DNA of 64,000 bases, taken from the NCBI RefSeq assembly GCF_964188315.1, contig NC_135673.1, forward strand, positions 2,108,001-2,172,000, given 5' to 3'. The DNA comes from Podarcis muralis (taxonomy: Eukaryota). Shown piece by piece: positions 63,255 to 64,000 of the stretch. Each line of letters starts with the position of its first letter. The first letter of the stretch is position 1. The notes under the pieces are model-generated. The model was not told the origin of the DNA. It did no database searches and was given only the letters and a program-made list of their open reading frames with translations. A program made the translations under genes and the position numbers.

Positions 63255-64000
63255 ATCATAGAATCGCAGAATTATAGAATTGTAGAGTTGGAAGGGACCC
63301 TAGGGGTCATCTAGTCCAACCCCTGGCAATGCAGGAATCTCAGCTCAAACATTCATGACAGATGGCCATCCAAAAGCCTCTGCTTAAAAACCTCCAAGGA
63401 AGGAAAGTCCAGCACCTCCTGAGGGAGACTGTTCCACTGTTGGAACAGCTCTTACTGTCATAAAGAATTTCTGTATGTTTAGTCAGAATCTCCTCTCTTG
63501 TCACTTGAAGCTATTGGTTCGAGTCCTACCCTCCATGGCTAGAGAAAACAAGCTTGCTGCCTCTTCCATGTGACAGCCCTTAAGGTATTTGAAGATGGCT
63601 ATCCTATCTCTTCTCAGTCTCCTCTTTTCCAGGCGAAGCATATCCAGCTCCTTCAACTGTTCCTCATAAGGCTTGGTTCCCAGACTCTTGATCATCATGG
63701 TTGCCCTCCTATGCACACCTTCCAGCTTGTCAACATCCTTCTTAAATTGTGGTGCCCAGAATTGGACACAGTATTCCAAGTATGGTCTGGCCAAGGCAGA
63801 ATAGAGTAGTACTATTATTTCCCTTGATCTGGACACTATACTTCTGTTGATGCAGCTGAGAATAGCATTAGCTGTTTCGCTGCTGCATCACACAGTTGAC
63901 TTATGTTAAGCTTGTGCGTTACTAAGACTCCCAAGTTATTTTCACATGTATTGCTAGTTAGTCAGGTGTCCCCCGTCCTATATTTGTGCATTTGGTTCTT
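63255..64000 (-). mobile_element. CR1 LINE 3' fragment
   Basis: ORF 63501-63836 LYSALARPYLEYCVQFWAPQFKKDVDKLEGVHRRATMMI...LEKRRLR is the CR1 RT C-terminus; ATTCTATGAT-type tail at about 63255-63290. Short CR1 tails also at about 16290-16402 and 54090-54135 (+). Confidence 0.88.

Noticed and set aside
55200-64000. RC3H2 first coding exon (MPVQAAQWTEFLSCPIC...), SNORD90 and GPR21
   Set aside because: Not found in the window; expected further right (RC3H2, SNORD90) or left (GPR21, in a later RABGAP1 intron).
1-64000. CRISPR arrays, rRNA genes, prokaryotic operons, intact transposase or RT genes
   Set aside because: Eukaryotic intron-rich DNA; no regularly spaced repeat-spacer array, no rRNA similarity, and all TE coding remnants are fragmentary.

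Overview
Vertebrate (squamate reptile, probably a lacertid lizard, judged from Sauria/Squam1-type SINEs) genomic window. It matches the conserved RABGAP1 - ZBTB26 - ZBTB6 - RC3H2 block. On the minus strand lie the 5' half of RABGAP1 (probable non-coding exon 1 at the 31.1-32.0 kb CpG island plus 8 coding exons, 17309 down to 889; the gene continues off the left edge). On the plus strand lie ZBTB26 (single coding exon 33683-35026) and its tandem paralogue ZBTB6 (45688-46974). A second CpG island at 54.1-55.2 kb is, by synteny only, the RC3H2 promoter/exon 1; I could not find an RC3H2 coding exon in the window. The rest is repeat-rich: Sauria SINEs with TSDs, other tRNA-derived SINEs, L2 and CR1 fragments, Tc1/mariner-type and hAT MITEs, and Penelope-like (PLE) remnants. 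The most interesting observations are: (1) a TSD-flanked PLE-type insertion just downstream of the ZBTB6 stop that forms a perfect 140-bp inverted repeat carrying a minimal hammerhead ribozyme motif on each strand; (2) a second sense hammerhead in the probable ZBTB6 intron; (3) a spacer-less 110-bp perfect palindrome between (TA)n tracts; (4) a MITE family carrying an ETS/NRF1/CRE promoter-like cassette; (5) a poly-Arg uORF in the putative RC3H2 leader; (6) a ZBTB26 stop codon that appears to replace a conserved Cys codon. Gene names and family assignments come from recalled protein and repeat sequences, not from database searches.
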